Origin: Vairimorpha necatrix
Taxonomy: Eukaryota
DNA: 64,000 bases
Assembly (NCBI GenBank): GCA_036630325.1
Contig: CP142727.1
Coordinates: forward strand, 372,001 to 436,000
Direction of reading: 5' to 3'
Numbering within the stretch: position 1 is the first letter of the stretch; each line of letters starts with the position of its first letter. Of this stretch, positions 49,550 to 62,118 are shown one piece after another. The position numbers and the translations under genes were made by a program. The notes below the pieces were generated by a model. It searched no databases. It saw nothing but the letters and a program-made list of their open reading frames with translations, and was not told the origin of the DNA.

Positions 49550-50598
49550 TAAAATCATTTTCCCAAAAATTTGTGAAATTAATTTGCTTACACTAGCTTG
49601 TTTTCAGGAAATTTGAAATTTAAAAATCTTGGATACGTCTAATTCTAATTTCTGTTACAAAAAAGTATTAGAGATTTGCTTGAGAAATGTTTATTAGATA
49701 CGTATAGCGATTTTTTCTGTTATCGTAACTTTGTTTCTGTTTTAAGGTATATTTAGTCCCATAACGCCCTTGTATGCACGTATAAAATCATTCTATCTTT
49801 TTGTACATTCGATAAGCTAAACATAATTGTACTTTAAAATCTTTGATAATAAATTTCTGAAATTTTATGAATTGCATTTAAATTAACAAATAATTGTAAC
49901 ACCATAACTTTGCGATTATTTATCGATTATGGTCCATGAAAATATAAAAATAAAATTTTTATTCATTTTATACTTTGTTATTGCTTCTGTCTAGTAAAAT
50001 TTTTTTAAGTAGAAACTACTCTGATTTTTTCTAGTATATTTTGATTAGAAAATATTCAATTGGTTCTGATAATTCTTTTCTTACTTATACTTTGATGAAT
50101 TTCTATCAGAAAATTGTTAATTGGAAATAATTTTGATTAAAATTAGTATTGTAAATATAAATAATTAGAAAATTGTTTTATTTAAAACTAATTTTTATTA
50201 ATATAATCAAGTACCATCATTATATATTAATCTTTATGCCTCCGAAAACGAGGAACTTGATATTTTATAAGATTAAACCATTTATAATCAATAATAGAAA
50301 CATTTTGATAATTTCGTGCGGTGTATTTATTGATTGTTTTAATACTTACTATTTTAAAGCATGATTAGCAAAATTGTAGTTAATATATTATTAAAACTTC
50401 CCTAATAGTTATATAAATGTGAAATTATGTCTGGATATGTTTTTAAATACTATTAAATTTTTTTATATAAAAAACTCATGATATTTACTGCAATGCGAAG
50501 CCAAAAAATCACATTAAAATTCTCTAGCCATCATCATCTAAATTTTATGTGTCAAATCATAAAATAGTATTTGATCTGACAATATTTTTTATACGATA

Positions 50599-51120
50599 CT
50601 AGCGTATGCTTTCCCGTTTTGAAAACGGGATAAATGTTTTTGTTTTATAATATGTCCCGTCTCTGTAAATTTTGTAAAGTATCCATTTTTGGCTGATTGA
50701 ATTTGACAGAGTTTAAACATGATTTTGAAATATACTTTTTAGTAACATATAAGAAGTAAAGTTGAGCTAAAAACATTTAATAATTATAATGGGATAATTT
50801 TGGGAGCTTCTAAGCTCAAGTTTTGACAGTTTTATTCAATTTTCTTTTTTTTGTACATGTTTTGTGATTTTTTTCTAGAAGGGTTAAATAAATTCTAAAA
50901 AACGATTCTGACGATATTTTTGAACTGAGTTTTCTAAAAATAATAAATAGAATAAAAATGCATTAACATACAGTATACGCACATATGATAGTCAAGATCC
51001 TTCATTGAGTTTATATTTGATATTACAATAACACAATAAGCTATAATAAGAAGTTTAGATTTTACAAAACCACAAAAAAAGAGGGGTAAAAAATTAAATA
51101 AAATTCTTTTATATATATGA
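50599..51120 (-). mobile_element. Non-autonomous Helitron, copy A (522 bp)
   Basis: Minus strand begins TCATATATATAAAAG and ends with hairpin TCCCGTTTT-C-AAAACGGGA, then AAGCATACG-CTAG, followed by T. Confidence 0.85.
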
Positions 51121-51635
51121 CTAGCGTATGCTTTCCCGTTTTGAAAACGGGAATTGTATGAGTTTAAATTTGTCCCTCTTCAGTAAATTTTGTTAAGTTA
51201 TTTTTTAAGATAATGAATTTAAAAAGGAGAAAACATGATTTTTAAAAATACTTTTTAGCAACATATAAGAAGTAATGTTGTTTTAAAACATTTAATAATC
51301 TCAATGAGATAATTTTTAAAACTCCTAAAGCTCATTTTTGACACTTTTATTCTGTTTTTTCTCTGGTTAATATTTTTGTGAATTTTTTTCTAGAAGGGTT
51401 AAATAAATTCTAAAAAACGATTCTGACGATATTTTAGAACTGAGTTTTACAAAAATAATAATTAAATCAAAAAAGTATTAACTAATAACATACACACTTA
51501 GAATATTCAGATTAAGGCAATAAATCTATATTTGATATTACAATAACATAATAAATATCAAAAGGGCCGTTTAGAAATTTAAAAATCACAAAAAAGAGGG
51601 GTAAAAAATTAAATAAAATTCTTTTATATATATGA
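51121..51635 (-). mobile_element. Non-autonomous Helitron, copy B (515 bp), head-to-tail with copy A
   Basis: Same 5' TC and 3' hairpin-CTAG termini, preceded by A. The interior is clearly diverged from copy A. Confidence 0.85.
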
Positions 51636-52316
51636 TATTAGGTAATATTTGTAAAGAGATTTGTAATTTAATAAAAATAATTTAAAAAACTAAAAATTTA
51701 GAACTTATAATATGTTTTATATTATTGGAATTTAAATCACTTATCAAAAAATATCTGTAATTATCTTTAAAACTCAAATTTATAAAATAATATTATTAAT
51801 AAAACATATGTAGAATTAATTTTTGTTAAAGTACAACTTGTCTATTATGATTTTCAAGCTTAAAAACTATTAAACGAGATGTTTTTTTGATTACATGAAT
51901 CAAAAATAAAAATGTTACAATAATTATTAATAATCAACATATTAGCAATTATAAAGAAAGAATATAATCAGTCCAAAAAATGAGACTAAATTGTTTTTAC
52001 ATTTTTTTTACAGTAAATTTTTTTTTCTTATCAATCCTGAACGTTATAGCTCTGTTGATTTATTTTATTTTTAGAATTCGAAAATAGAAAAGTTACATAT
52101 TAAACAAGAAAACATGTTTGTTATTTGATCGTTATTTACTTTTTATTGTTCTTCTCTAAATTCTTTATCATTTATCATTGATTTTTTATAATGCATTAAA
52201 TAAGTAAAAATTCGACACATTTTTCCTCTTTTAATTTAAAAATTTTGATCAGTAAATAAATAATTCCTAAAATAAACAATGATGCTTCTATAAAAAAAAA
52301 TATTTAATATTAACCC

Positions 52317-52808
52317 ATGTATATTTTATTAAATTTTACATTAATATTATTAGTGAAAAGTATTAGCACTTATGAGAGGAATTTAATATCCTGTATAATT
52401 ACTGATGATAAAAATCGCGAAGAAAATTTAAGAAACTATTTAGAAATGTGTAGGCCGCTAAACACATTCAATGTATATTTAACAAGTTTTAAGCGATCGA
52501 TTTTTGAAAAACAACTCAATCAGGAAATAGTAATAGAATGTGAAAACATTATAACAGAAATGATTAAATTGTATGAAAAATATAAGTCAGTATGGGAAGA
52601 TGAAGTAAAAATAATTAATGGATGCAAAAGTAATATGAAAGATGATCTAAATAAATTTAATCAAAAGATGGAGTTTATTATTGAAACATACGGTGTACAA
52701 ATGAATAAATTGGAAGATATATTTACTAAAAACTTCCAATTTTTGAGAGAAAACGCAATATGCGTAAATGAAAGCTTTATAAATACAAGCAACAACGTTA
52801 GATTATAG
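52317..52808 (+). CDS. Small secreted protein, family B (163 aa)
   Basis: CCC-ATG, signal peptide ending LVKS, and ENLRNYL motif shared with 53315. Confidence 0.8.
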   Translation: MYILLNFTLILLVKSISTYERNLISCIITDDKNREENLRNYLEMCRPLNTFNVYLTSFKRSIFEKQLNQEIVIECENIITEMIKLYEKYKSVWEDEVKIINGCKSNMKDDLNKFNQKMEFIIETYGVQMNKLEDIFTKNFQFLRENAICVNESFINTSNNVRL

Positions 52809-53314
52809 CTGTTGAAAAAAAATTAATAGTAATTATAGTTAATGTATATTATTTATTATTAAATTAATTAAAAACAATTTATATATTTAAAGCATAAAAA
52901 CTGTTTTGATTATTGTAAACATATAATTTGCTGTATGGAGACTTAATATATGATTTTAACGTTGATTGGGATGTAATATAACACATCATCCATGATTGTA
53001 ATGTGTAAAAAAAGACGCAGAAAAAATATTAGAAAATTAATAATAGCTTGAAGTCGATATAAAAGAAAAAAGTCATCAATATTCCAATTTAACGGAGAAT
53101 CACGTTGCAAATATATTAATAATAGACACAGAATACAATTGCAATAAATGATAAATATCGTCATAATTTATGTCATTTGACATAAACAAAACACTAAAAT
53201 ATGTAAAGATATATTTTACAGAACAATTCTATACACAAGAAAATAAAAAAAAATTATTTGAAAGTCATTTGACGTTTATTATTTGCTTATATAAATAAAT
53301 ACAACTATTATCCC

Positions 53315-53791
53315 ATGAATATTTTATTTGTCTTAAATATTTATGCACAGCTCGTTAAATGTGATAACTCTTCGGAAATACACGATTTATCAATTTTTAT
53401 TGATGATGAAGAAGACAGTTTTGAAAATTTAAGAATTTATTTAGGAAGAATACATAACATTTTTATCTACAACCTATATTTTTCAATGATGAAATATTCT
53501 GAAATTTTTGAAAACACAAAAGAGGTAGTAGATAAATGTCGGGATATTATACAACAGATTTCTTTTACATATGAGAAACTACTGAAAAAATGTTCTAATG
53601 AGCTCAAGTGTTATAATTCAAAAGAAAAGATGTCTGTTAAAGAAAAAACATTCTTTGATGTTAAACATGAGCAGAAATCATTTTATGAAAAAATTGAAAC
53701 TTTTTTTGAACCACATAAATTAGAAATAAGAGAGATGGAGATTGATTTTCTTGACTACATTAATTCTAAAACAGAAATTAAAAATGTCTAA
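53315..53791 (+). CDS. Small secreted protein, family B (158 aa)
   Basis: CCC-ATG, signal ending LVKC, and ENLRIYL, .N.Y and C..II...YEK motifs shared with 52317. Confidence 0.8.
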   Translation: MNILFVLNIYAQLVKCDNSSEIHDLSIFIDDEEDSFENLRIYLGRIHNIFIYNLYFSMMKYSEIFENTKEVVDKCRDIIQQISFTYEKLLKKCSNELKCYNSKEKMSVKEKTFFDVKHEQKSFYEKIETFFEPHKLEIREMEIDFLDYINSKTEIKNV

Positions 53792-55353
53792 TAACCTTCA
53801 CTAACTCAGTTATAATCTATATTTAAATGTTTTTTTGGTCATTATCTGCTTACGTATAATAATATAGTATAGAATTGTACTGTTATAATCTAAATAAAAT
53901 GTATGTTATTTTATATCGTCGGCTATCTATATAAATTGTTTTTTAAGTGATATGTTTATTGAAATGACACTTTAGTAAATATAATTACAAAAAATTCTTA
54001 TCTTCAGAGTTTATAAGACATTCAATATTATTATTAATAATTAGCTACGGATAAATCGTGACACAAGAATTCTATTAGGTAACCCACAAAAAACGTAAAA
54101 CAGTAATTTAAAATATTTCATAAACACCTATCATAGGTTAAAGTTATGCATCAACGAAAATATTAGCAGAAAAAAACTATGTACATCAAAAAAATTTAAA
54201 CACAAATTATGTAAAGTATCTAAAAACAAAAACAACGATTTTTAGATGTTGTCTTGTGCTTAAAGATATTTCTCATTTGCAAATTTGAACCATTAAAAAT
54301 TGAGCATTTAATGGCGACAAAGGCTGATCTTGTATTAAGTCAAGAAACTTTATTGTGTGTGAACTATTAATATCCGAGATGAAGAGATAAATAAACGCTA
54401 AACATTTAGTTAAATTATTTGCTCTAAATCCGAGATAGTTATTGTTTTATGACACAAGAAAATATTAATATTTGAACACACACCCATTTGTTGTACAAAT
54501 ACATCTTAGATCAACATGTTTTTTTATTACGTATATATACAGTCCATTTTTCATTTAATCTTTTCATGATATAGACTTCGGGCGATTCATGCAACTAATA
54601 ATATACACTTTGTGTTTTTTCAGTACAGTATTAATATTTTAATTTTCATAGTGCGTTAAAAAGTAAATCCCTTGATGAAAACTCTATAACTCAGTATAGA
54701 TAGTATTTTTGTTATTTGTTAATAATCATATATTTAGTAAAAAAATTTATCTAGCGGTTCCGTAAAATAGTCCGAATTTCTAGTCGCTTAATATCAAACT
54801 ACAATACAAGCATTCTAAAATGCAATCTTCGTTTGTAAAAAGATTTTTTTTTGAGCATATGTTATCTATATAGAATCTTGAAATTAAAAAAAAATTGATT
54901 CATTAGGATAATGATTAAAATATGAGATTCGCCCATATGATTATATTTTAAGCAGGCCTCATCCGTATGTTATATTTAATCGTTTTACTCTATCCATAAT
55001 ATTTTTCTACAGGGGCAAATTTAAATTAGTTTTTCAAAGCAATATACAGATCTTTACAACTTGGCAAAATATGTCGAATTTAATTAAAATTTCTGATCTT
55101 TAAGTCAATCTAAAAACACTTTTATCAAACATTTTATCTTAGATGCTGTATCAACCTCCAAAATTAATAATATATTATTTTAGAGCTGGAACCTATGAAA
55201 TTATAAACATTGGGTTGGAAAAATATATTTGAATGGAAGACGATATTTAAACTTGATAAAATAATCAACAATATTACATTGCCCCCATGTTAGTAAGTTT
55301 CTAAGATATATAAATTTTTAAATAACATATAAAATAAACATAAATCAACCCCT

Positions 55354-56238
55354 ATGTTTATATATTTTTCGTCATTAATCTGCTCAAATATTAATATTAA
55401 TATAAACAACGGAAATCTTGAATCTCAAAATAATTGTTCCATGAATACTGATATCATGTACGAATTTGAGACGATTTTAGCTGAAAAACATAACGATTTG
55501 ATTTGTGTAGATATGGAAGATATATATACAACCTTTGAGGAGATGATAACAATCGGCAGTCAAAAAAAAATTAAAGACCATAATCAAATCAATGAAATGT
55601 TTTTCAATTCGAATCCTGCCGAAATTAATAAAATTAAAGACCAAATAAGTCATAAAATGAAATTTATGAAAGAAACATTACATATTATTGTGAAAAAGAA
55701 CGAATGTCTTTTGCAAACAATCCCGATTAAAATTTTGAAAATTAAGTTAGATAGAACTGAGTATGCACAAAACAGGTCTTTTAGATCGTATTTATGTAAA
55801 AAATATAACAGTTATAGAGATAAAATTCAAAATAAGCTTTTAAAGCTTATAGATACGATTAATGATCTAGATCAATGTGATAATAAGGTCATTATTGAAG
55901 CGTTGAAATTTATTGTTGATATAATTAATTTTATAATACCAAAAAGTTATTCCCTAAAAATCACGTATTATTCTTTGCAATTAAAAAGTTTTCTATTGCT
56001 AGATTATTGGAAGTTAGAAACAGTACTGAAAAACATCAATATATCAGAACTAATTACACTTATTACAAATTATTATAATAATAAAATTAAAAAAACTGAT
56101 GAACATAGAAAACAAATTTTGAAAGACTTTACAGACTTACATAATGACTATAGTAATTTCTGTATACAAAAAGATGATATTTATTTACGTATTTACAAAA
56201 TCATCAAAATAATAATTGAAAAACACAAATCATTATAA
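55354..56238 (+). CDS. Secreted protein, family A (294 aa)
   Basis: CCCCT-ATG, signal MFIYFSSLICS, motifs ETILAEKH, NFIIPKS, LDYWK and NFCIQK (shared with 24739). Confidence 0.87.
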   Translation: MFIYFSSLICSNINININNGNLESQNNCSMNTDIMYEFETILAEKHNDLICVDMEDIYTTFEEMITIGSQKKIKDHNQINEMFFNSNPAEINKIKDQISHKMKFMKETLHIIVKKNECLLQTIPIKILKIKLDRTEYAQNRSFRSYLCKKYNSYRDKIQNKLLKLIDTINDLDQCDNKVIIEALKFIVDIINFIIPKSYSLKITYYSLQLKSFLLLDYWKLETVLKNINISELITLITNYYNNKIKKTDEHRKQILKDFTDLHNDYSNFCIQKDDIYLRIYKIIKIIIEKHKSL

Positions 56239-56776
56239 TTTACTTGTTAAAATAAACTTTAAAAAAAATTTACAATTTTTTATAGTTTTTAGTCTAAATT
56301 CTTGAAGATAAGCTACAAGTTTTTAAAATAACAACTAACAATTTTGTCAGATGTCTTTTAATTAAATGGTATAAATTGTCAAAATAAAAAGTTAGGGAAA
56401 AAATCATGTCAGGAAAGACCTATCAGATTTATTTGTATGATTTGAATATTAAATAAAATTTTTAGTTCATTTCAAATTAGTTGCGTGTGTATGATTAATA
56501 AATTTAACCTCGGATTTTAAATTAAAAAAAAACTCAATGACACTTTGAAACAATATATTAAATTTAATCTATCTATATAAACCGAATAAAACATATTTTT
56601 TTAATGTAAAATAATAAGATATTATAAGCTAATTAATTGAATTTTTAGTCATGGCAGGCTGATCGTCATAAAATATCAGAGAGATCTAAGAAAAATTTAC
56701 GCATGATACAAAATTTTAAATTTAAAAAAAACAAATATTAAAAGAAGAAAGCAGCAATTATATAAATAAACTGATG

Positions 56777-58042
56777 GGAGGTGGGGTACTTTAGACCCCC
56801 CCCTTTGAAGCGCTTCAATTTTTTTTTCGAACCCCAAAATTGAAGTGCAAAAAAAAAGAGGAGCAAGAAAGGGACAAAAATTTCTTATCACTTTAAACAT
56901 TAAAAATACAAAATAATTATATAAAACGACTTAAAATTAAATTTTATACCAATATCTAAAAATAAAAAGTGTCTACTTAAAATTTCAAACTAAATTTAAA
57001 TTCTTTTATTTTATGATAATTTTCATTTTTTCCCCTTAAAAATGACAGAAATATACAAGGACGTTGAGAAAATACTTGAGGAAGTAATTATATCTACTTT
57101 AAATTCAAGGTTTTGTCCACTTTGTTATGGGAATGTACAAAGACGTATAGGAATACAAAATCAAGTGAGATGTACATCAAAAAGGTGCAGAAAAGAATTT
57201 ACGATAACAAACAAGAAACCTTTTCATGGAGCTAAATTACCTTGGCTGATAATATGCCAGGTCATATTTCTTTTTGTTGAAAATACGGCCATAAAAACTA
57301 TTAAAAAAATTCATAGTTTCAATCGAAAAACAATTTATAGAATTTTCAGAAACTTAAATAAGCATATAACTGGTAATAAAAAAATAGGAGGTCCAGGTAT
57401 AATTGTGGAGATTGACGAATCTAAATTCGGAAAGCGAAAATACAACAAAGGCCACAAAGTTGACGGCGTATGGATACTTGGGATGGTGGAAAGGACTACA
57501 GAACGAGGCTTAGTCTTAATTAAAGTTAAAAATAGAAAAGCCGTGACTCTCGAAAGATTAATAAAAGAATATGTACATCCCGGAAGTATTATTTATACTG
57601 ATTGTTGGAGAGGGTATATAAATTTAAATCAATTAGGCTTATACGAACACTATACTGTTAACCATTCCCTTGGTTTTATAAATCCTGAGAATGGTGTTCA
57701 TACCAACACAATTGAAGGAACATGGGCTGGTGTAAAAAGAGTGATTCCTGCAAGATATCGGACTAAAAAAGATGTAAATCTATTTCTTAATTTTTTTACT
57801 TTTAAAAGAAATTATCCTAATAATCCCTTCATAAATATAATAAAAAGTGTTTTTGATAAATATATCTTGGTTTCTAATAACATTTTACATCTGAATATAT
57901 AATTATTTTGTATTTTTAATGTTTAAAGTGATAAGAAATTTTTGTCCCTTTCTTGCTCCTCTTTTTTTTTGCACTTCAATTTTGGGGTTCGAAAAAAAAA
58001 TTGAAGCGCTTCAAAGGGGGGGGTCTAAAGTATCCTTAACCC
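56777..58042 (+). mobile_element. Intact Merlin (IS1595-related) DNA transposon
   Basis: ~147-bp TIRs (56777-56923 / 57896-58042), identical except the outermost ~10 bp. TSD AAACTGATG at 56768-56776 and 58043-58051. Confidence 0.95.
57042..57902 (+). CDS. Merlin/IS1595-family DDE transposase (286 aa)
   Basis: CPLC..C..C zinc ribbon, GGPGIIVEIDESKFGKRKYNKG, IYTDCWRGY, VNHS, HTNTIEGTW. CCCCTTAAAA precedes the ATG; the stop lies inside the right TIR. Confidence 0.95.
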   Translation: MTEIYKDVEKILEEVIISTLNSRFCPLCYGNVQRRIGIQNQVRCTSKRCRKEFTITNKKPFHGAKLPWLIICQVIFLFVENTAIKTIKKIHSFNRKTIYRIFRNLNKHITGNKKIGGPGIIVEIDESKFGKRKYNKGHKVDGVWILGMVERTTERGLVLIKVKNRKAVTLERLIKEYVHPGSIIYTDCWRGYINLNQLGLYEHYTVNHSLGFINPENGVHTNTIEGTWAGVKRVIPARYRTKKDVNLFLNFFTFKRNYPNNPFINIIKSVFDKYILVSNNILHLNI

Positions 58043-59467
58043 AAACTGATGTTTCTAAACTTCCCCTTGACATTAATTGTCCACGTCAACTCGTTATTCC
58101 TGTCTATGAAATTAGCTACAAGACAATAAGAATATAATTGGGTCAATATTAATGGTATTTAAGAGACAACAATATTAAAGCCGCTGTTATTTTAAGACGC
58201 AATAAAGTATAAATGGTTGTGATTGATTGTATTTTTATACCTAGAATAGCCTCCGTACTCTATACATGACTAGACTAGATATAGCTGAAAACTCGTTGAA
58301 AAAAAAAGCTTAGGGTTTACATCACATTGACTAAAATTGGGAGAGACACTATAAAAACAGGTCATTAGATATAAGACTTTTGTATAAAGGCAAGGGAGCG
58401 TGTTCAATATGCCATTGAGCATGTGCATTCCATATTACAGCAAGATGTCATTTACATTTTACACCTAACTAGGCTTGACAACATATGCGATAAAGAGTAT
58501 TCTGTTAAGGTAATGTGGTTAATAAAATTTCATTTGTTTAAAGCAGTAAAGATTTTGTGATATCAGCTACATATATTCAAATAAGCGAATGACAATTTTA
58601 ACCCCATTTGTTACATGATGTAGCAGAAGTACTTCTGGTCGTATAGTAAACGTCTAATCACAGATATTAACTTAAAAATTCATAAAAAAATAGTATAGCT
58701 CTCATTGAAAATAAAACTTTGTTATAACATAAATTTAGCGAAAAAATCAAACTAGATTTTTTTTTATGATATATAACCAAAAAAAGGTTCGTTATAATAT
58801 TAAAAGTCTAAATTATAGGATGCTAAAATGAAAAGTATATTTTCTCGGCATCCTTATATAACCTGTTTGTGTACTATTAATCTTAACTGTTAAATTAAAT
58901 TGAAGATCACATAAAATGATAACATTCTAGTTCTACGGAATATTATCATGAGAAAACAACCTTTTGATGTATCAAATTTAAAATTTTGATCATGTTTAGG
59001 GCATTTTTTATGCATGAAATTTAAACAAGTGCAAGGAAGTATATCTCGGAGAGTATGACTTGCGCAAACTAAACTATATTGGCTTAAGTATAAATATAAT
59101 TGTGAATTTTCTATAATAAAAAAGACCTGCTCATATGGTTCACATCGTCTATTGACTATAATTTATTCTTCGGGCGTTACATATGTTAAAAATATAGATG
59201 TTTTAGGTCATTTATAGATAATCTTAAAGGAGTTTCAGAAAAAATATCTGTATATATAAACATAGAGAAATATCAACAAGGTTTTAGCAGAACATCTACT
59301 ATAATAGTAATAATGGTTACTTTAATGATGGGAAAAGCTAAAAATAATCTGTCATTAGAATTGTTTTAGAAGGTATTAATGCTTAAGAAACATCAAGCCA
59401 ACTAAAAATAAGAAATATAAGAATTTCAACATTATTTCATATTTAAATATGATTTTTTTAGCTTATC

Positions 59468-59958
59468 TAGCAAATGAACTGGGACTAATACATAGCAAAT
59501 GAACTGGGACTAATACATAGCAAATGAACTGGGACTAATACATAAATCCCAGACAAGAATAGTTCCTTATGTAATGACATGGGATGGAGTGGTGACCAAA
59601 TATCACAGAAAGTACATCAGGGAGCTAGAAATCAACCCTACCTGGAAGCATATATCCAGTCTATTGTGATGAAGAAGACTCTAGAGTCCATCTCTTTGGA
59701 ACGACGACGAGGATACGATCAGGAGGATGCAGGAGAAGAAGAAGTGGCTAGAGCTGTAAGCGCACTAGCGAATATGGTGACTGTTAAAGAAGTGGTGTCG
59801 GCAAAGGGGAATGAAGCTGCTAAAGTGAAGTTGGAAAACATTAATAATTCCACAGAAACCAAAGTCTGTGAAAAGCTGAATCTTATGAGCGATACCGGGG
59901 AAAGCTGTGCTATGAACATCTAATCTTAATGATAAATTAACTCAATAAATCTTTTATA
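59468..59958 (+). mobile_element. Short 5'-truncated RLE-type non-LTR insertion with triplicated 5' junction
   Basis: LANELGLIH...IVPYVMTWDGVVTKYH, EAYIQSIVMKKTLESISLERRRG. A 25-bp unit is repeated three times at 59468-59542. Flanking TTTTTAGCTTATCTA / TTTTTAGCGTATCTA duplication. Confidence 0.85.
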
Positions 59959-62118
59959 TTTTTAGCGTATCTATAATTGATATCTTATTTATAAGAAAAA
60001 AAACTGATAATTAAATCAACACAAAAATTACTTGACACCTACGAAAGATACAGCGATACAGATACAAATTTCATAGAGTAATCTGAATAATAAAAGGCTG
60101 CAAAATGAATATATATACTAATTATTAACGCAAAATTATTCTGCGAGATGACCCATTTAAAAAAAGACAATCAGAGAAAAATATTCAAAGAACATGACAA
60201 GAAATATTAATTAAAGAGAAAAGTGCTTTTTTTATGTAAATATGTAAAAGAAAAAGTTGAATCATGTGCACCTATCAACATATTCCCAAATTTAAAGACC
60301 AACAGCAGGCCACATTTACAAGAACTAGTAGAAAACCATTATACATATAGGAAAAAAATAATATCTAAAACTATTTGTATAAATATGAATGTATAAAATG
60401 TTTTTTCGATGCTAATAGGTTTTACGTTGTATTATGATGAATAAACTAAAATAAAAGTCTTCTTATATTGGAAAAATATTAAGATTTAAATAAAATTTCT
60501 TGTTTGTTATTAAATCCCTTGTATTGATATATTTATTTTTGTTTTAATTAGAATTTGTGTTATAAAAAATTTGAGAAGAATCAAAAAATTCAATGGAAGC
60601 TATTCAAGTTTAATATTAAAATCAAAAACTAAGATGTTATTAGAATAAATGTTATGGTAGTGGTTAATGCATAATCTAATAGAAAAAAAAATTAACCCCG
60701 AACTATAGGATTTTTGTTTGGAATTGTATCTCACTAGTTAATTGAATAAAAAACATTTCAGCCGAAAAATATTAAAAGATGTGTATTCTAAACTTAGAGT
60801 TCGCCAAAAGTATTGATTTTTTTGATTTCTTAGCAAATTGTTATTATATTGATGCAAAAAATTAAGAATTAAAAATGCTTACCAAAATAATCTGTTTCAA
60901 TAGCAAAGGAATGACCAATTTTCACATTTAGCATGATAAGTATTTAAAGTAGAAGATAGCCTATGGTTTAGTTCAAAAAACCAGATAAGACTGATAAAAT
61001 GTTTATATACCAAGCGCCGATTTTGTCAATTTTAAAATAACCTGATAATTCTTCATTTTTGTTTTTAAAGTTCTAAACATTCCTAAACATATAAAATACC
61101 GACTCTTGTTGAGAATAAGTATTTTATTTAGCACAAAAAAATAAATGTGTAACTAGAATCAATCTTATTTATCTGGAGTTATGAAAAAAAAGAGAAGATT
61201 TGAAGATTAAATTTGAGATTTTTTTGATTACACAAATTCGATTTGGATTTATACGTCTTATTATGTAAAAATTATAATAATTATAATAGACTAATAAGTT
61301 CTTTTTATTTAAAATTATTGTTTTAGGAATTACTAGAGACACATTAACCCTTGTTTTACGTATGATAAGGTTTATAAATAGGCTTAAAATTTTTACTTAA
61401 AAGTTAAAAATATCCTACAATGGACTTAAACATTATACAGGTTCTAACATAAATAATTAAGCAGGAGAAAATGTTGAGTTTATACTTACATCGAAACAAG
61501 ATATTTACTACAAATAACTGTCGTACAAAAGATTTTTTTATTTTTTATTGATAAAATAAATATCATAAAAGAATTTCAAAATCATAAACGAAAAATTCGG
61601 ACATATTAAAGTTTATTTGCCAGTTTATTCTGCAGCGTTATACTTAATATTTTACTTATGGGAGATAATTAGGGATTTATAGGAACAATCAAGAAAAAAC
61701 CAAAAAGATATATACTGTGTTCTTCGAGGGTGGCACATATTAACGATGATGTCTTGCAATAAAGCATAATTAATACATAAAAATGCTATAATACACTTTT
61801 TTTAAAAGTGTTAATCAATTTACGTTGACAAGATGTTTCTTTCTTATTTCCATATATTGTTTAGTGATTCGGATAGGAGAGCTGATAAAGTTTCGCAAGA
61901 TATTATCATAAATAAAAAGACCTAATACTATCATGTGTTAATATCTGAAAAAAAATAAAATTGAAGAAATTTAATACTACTTGATAACACATTAGAACAC
62001 GGAATATTTAAAAGTATAAATGAAGCTAAAATAATGCAGCAAAGTAAATTCAAATTTTCTCTTTTAAGTATGTATTTTGTAAACACATCAATCTTTTAAA
62101 CATAAAGCATGTTTTTTC

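Noticed and set aside
56697-58137. Duplicated small ORFs MFKVIRNFCPF... (56697-56900 and 57919-58137)
   Set aside because: Translations of the two Merlin TIRs.
59468-59542. CRISPR-like repeat
   Set aside because: Three contiguous units without spacers, derived from LINE coding sequence, in a eukaryote.
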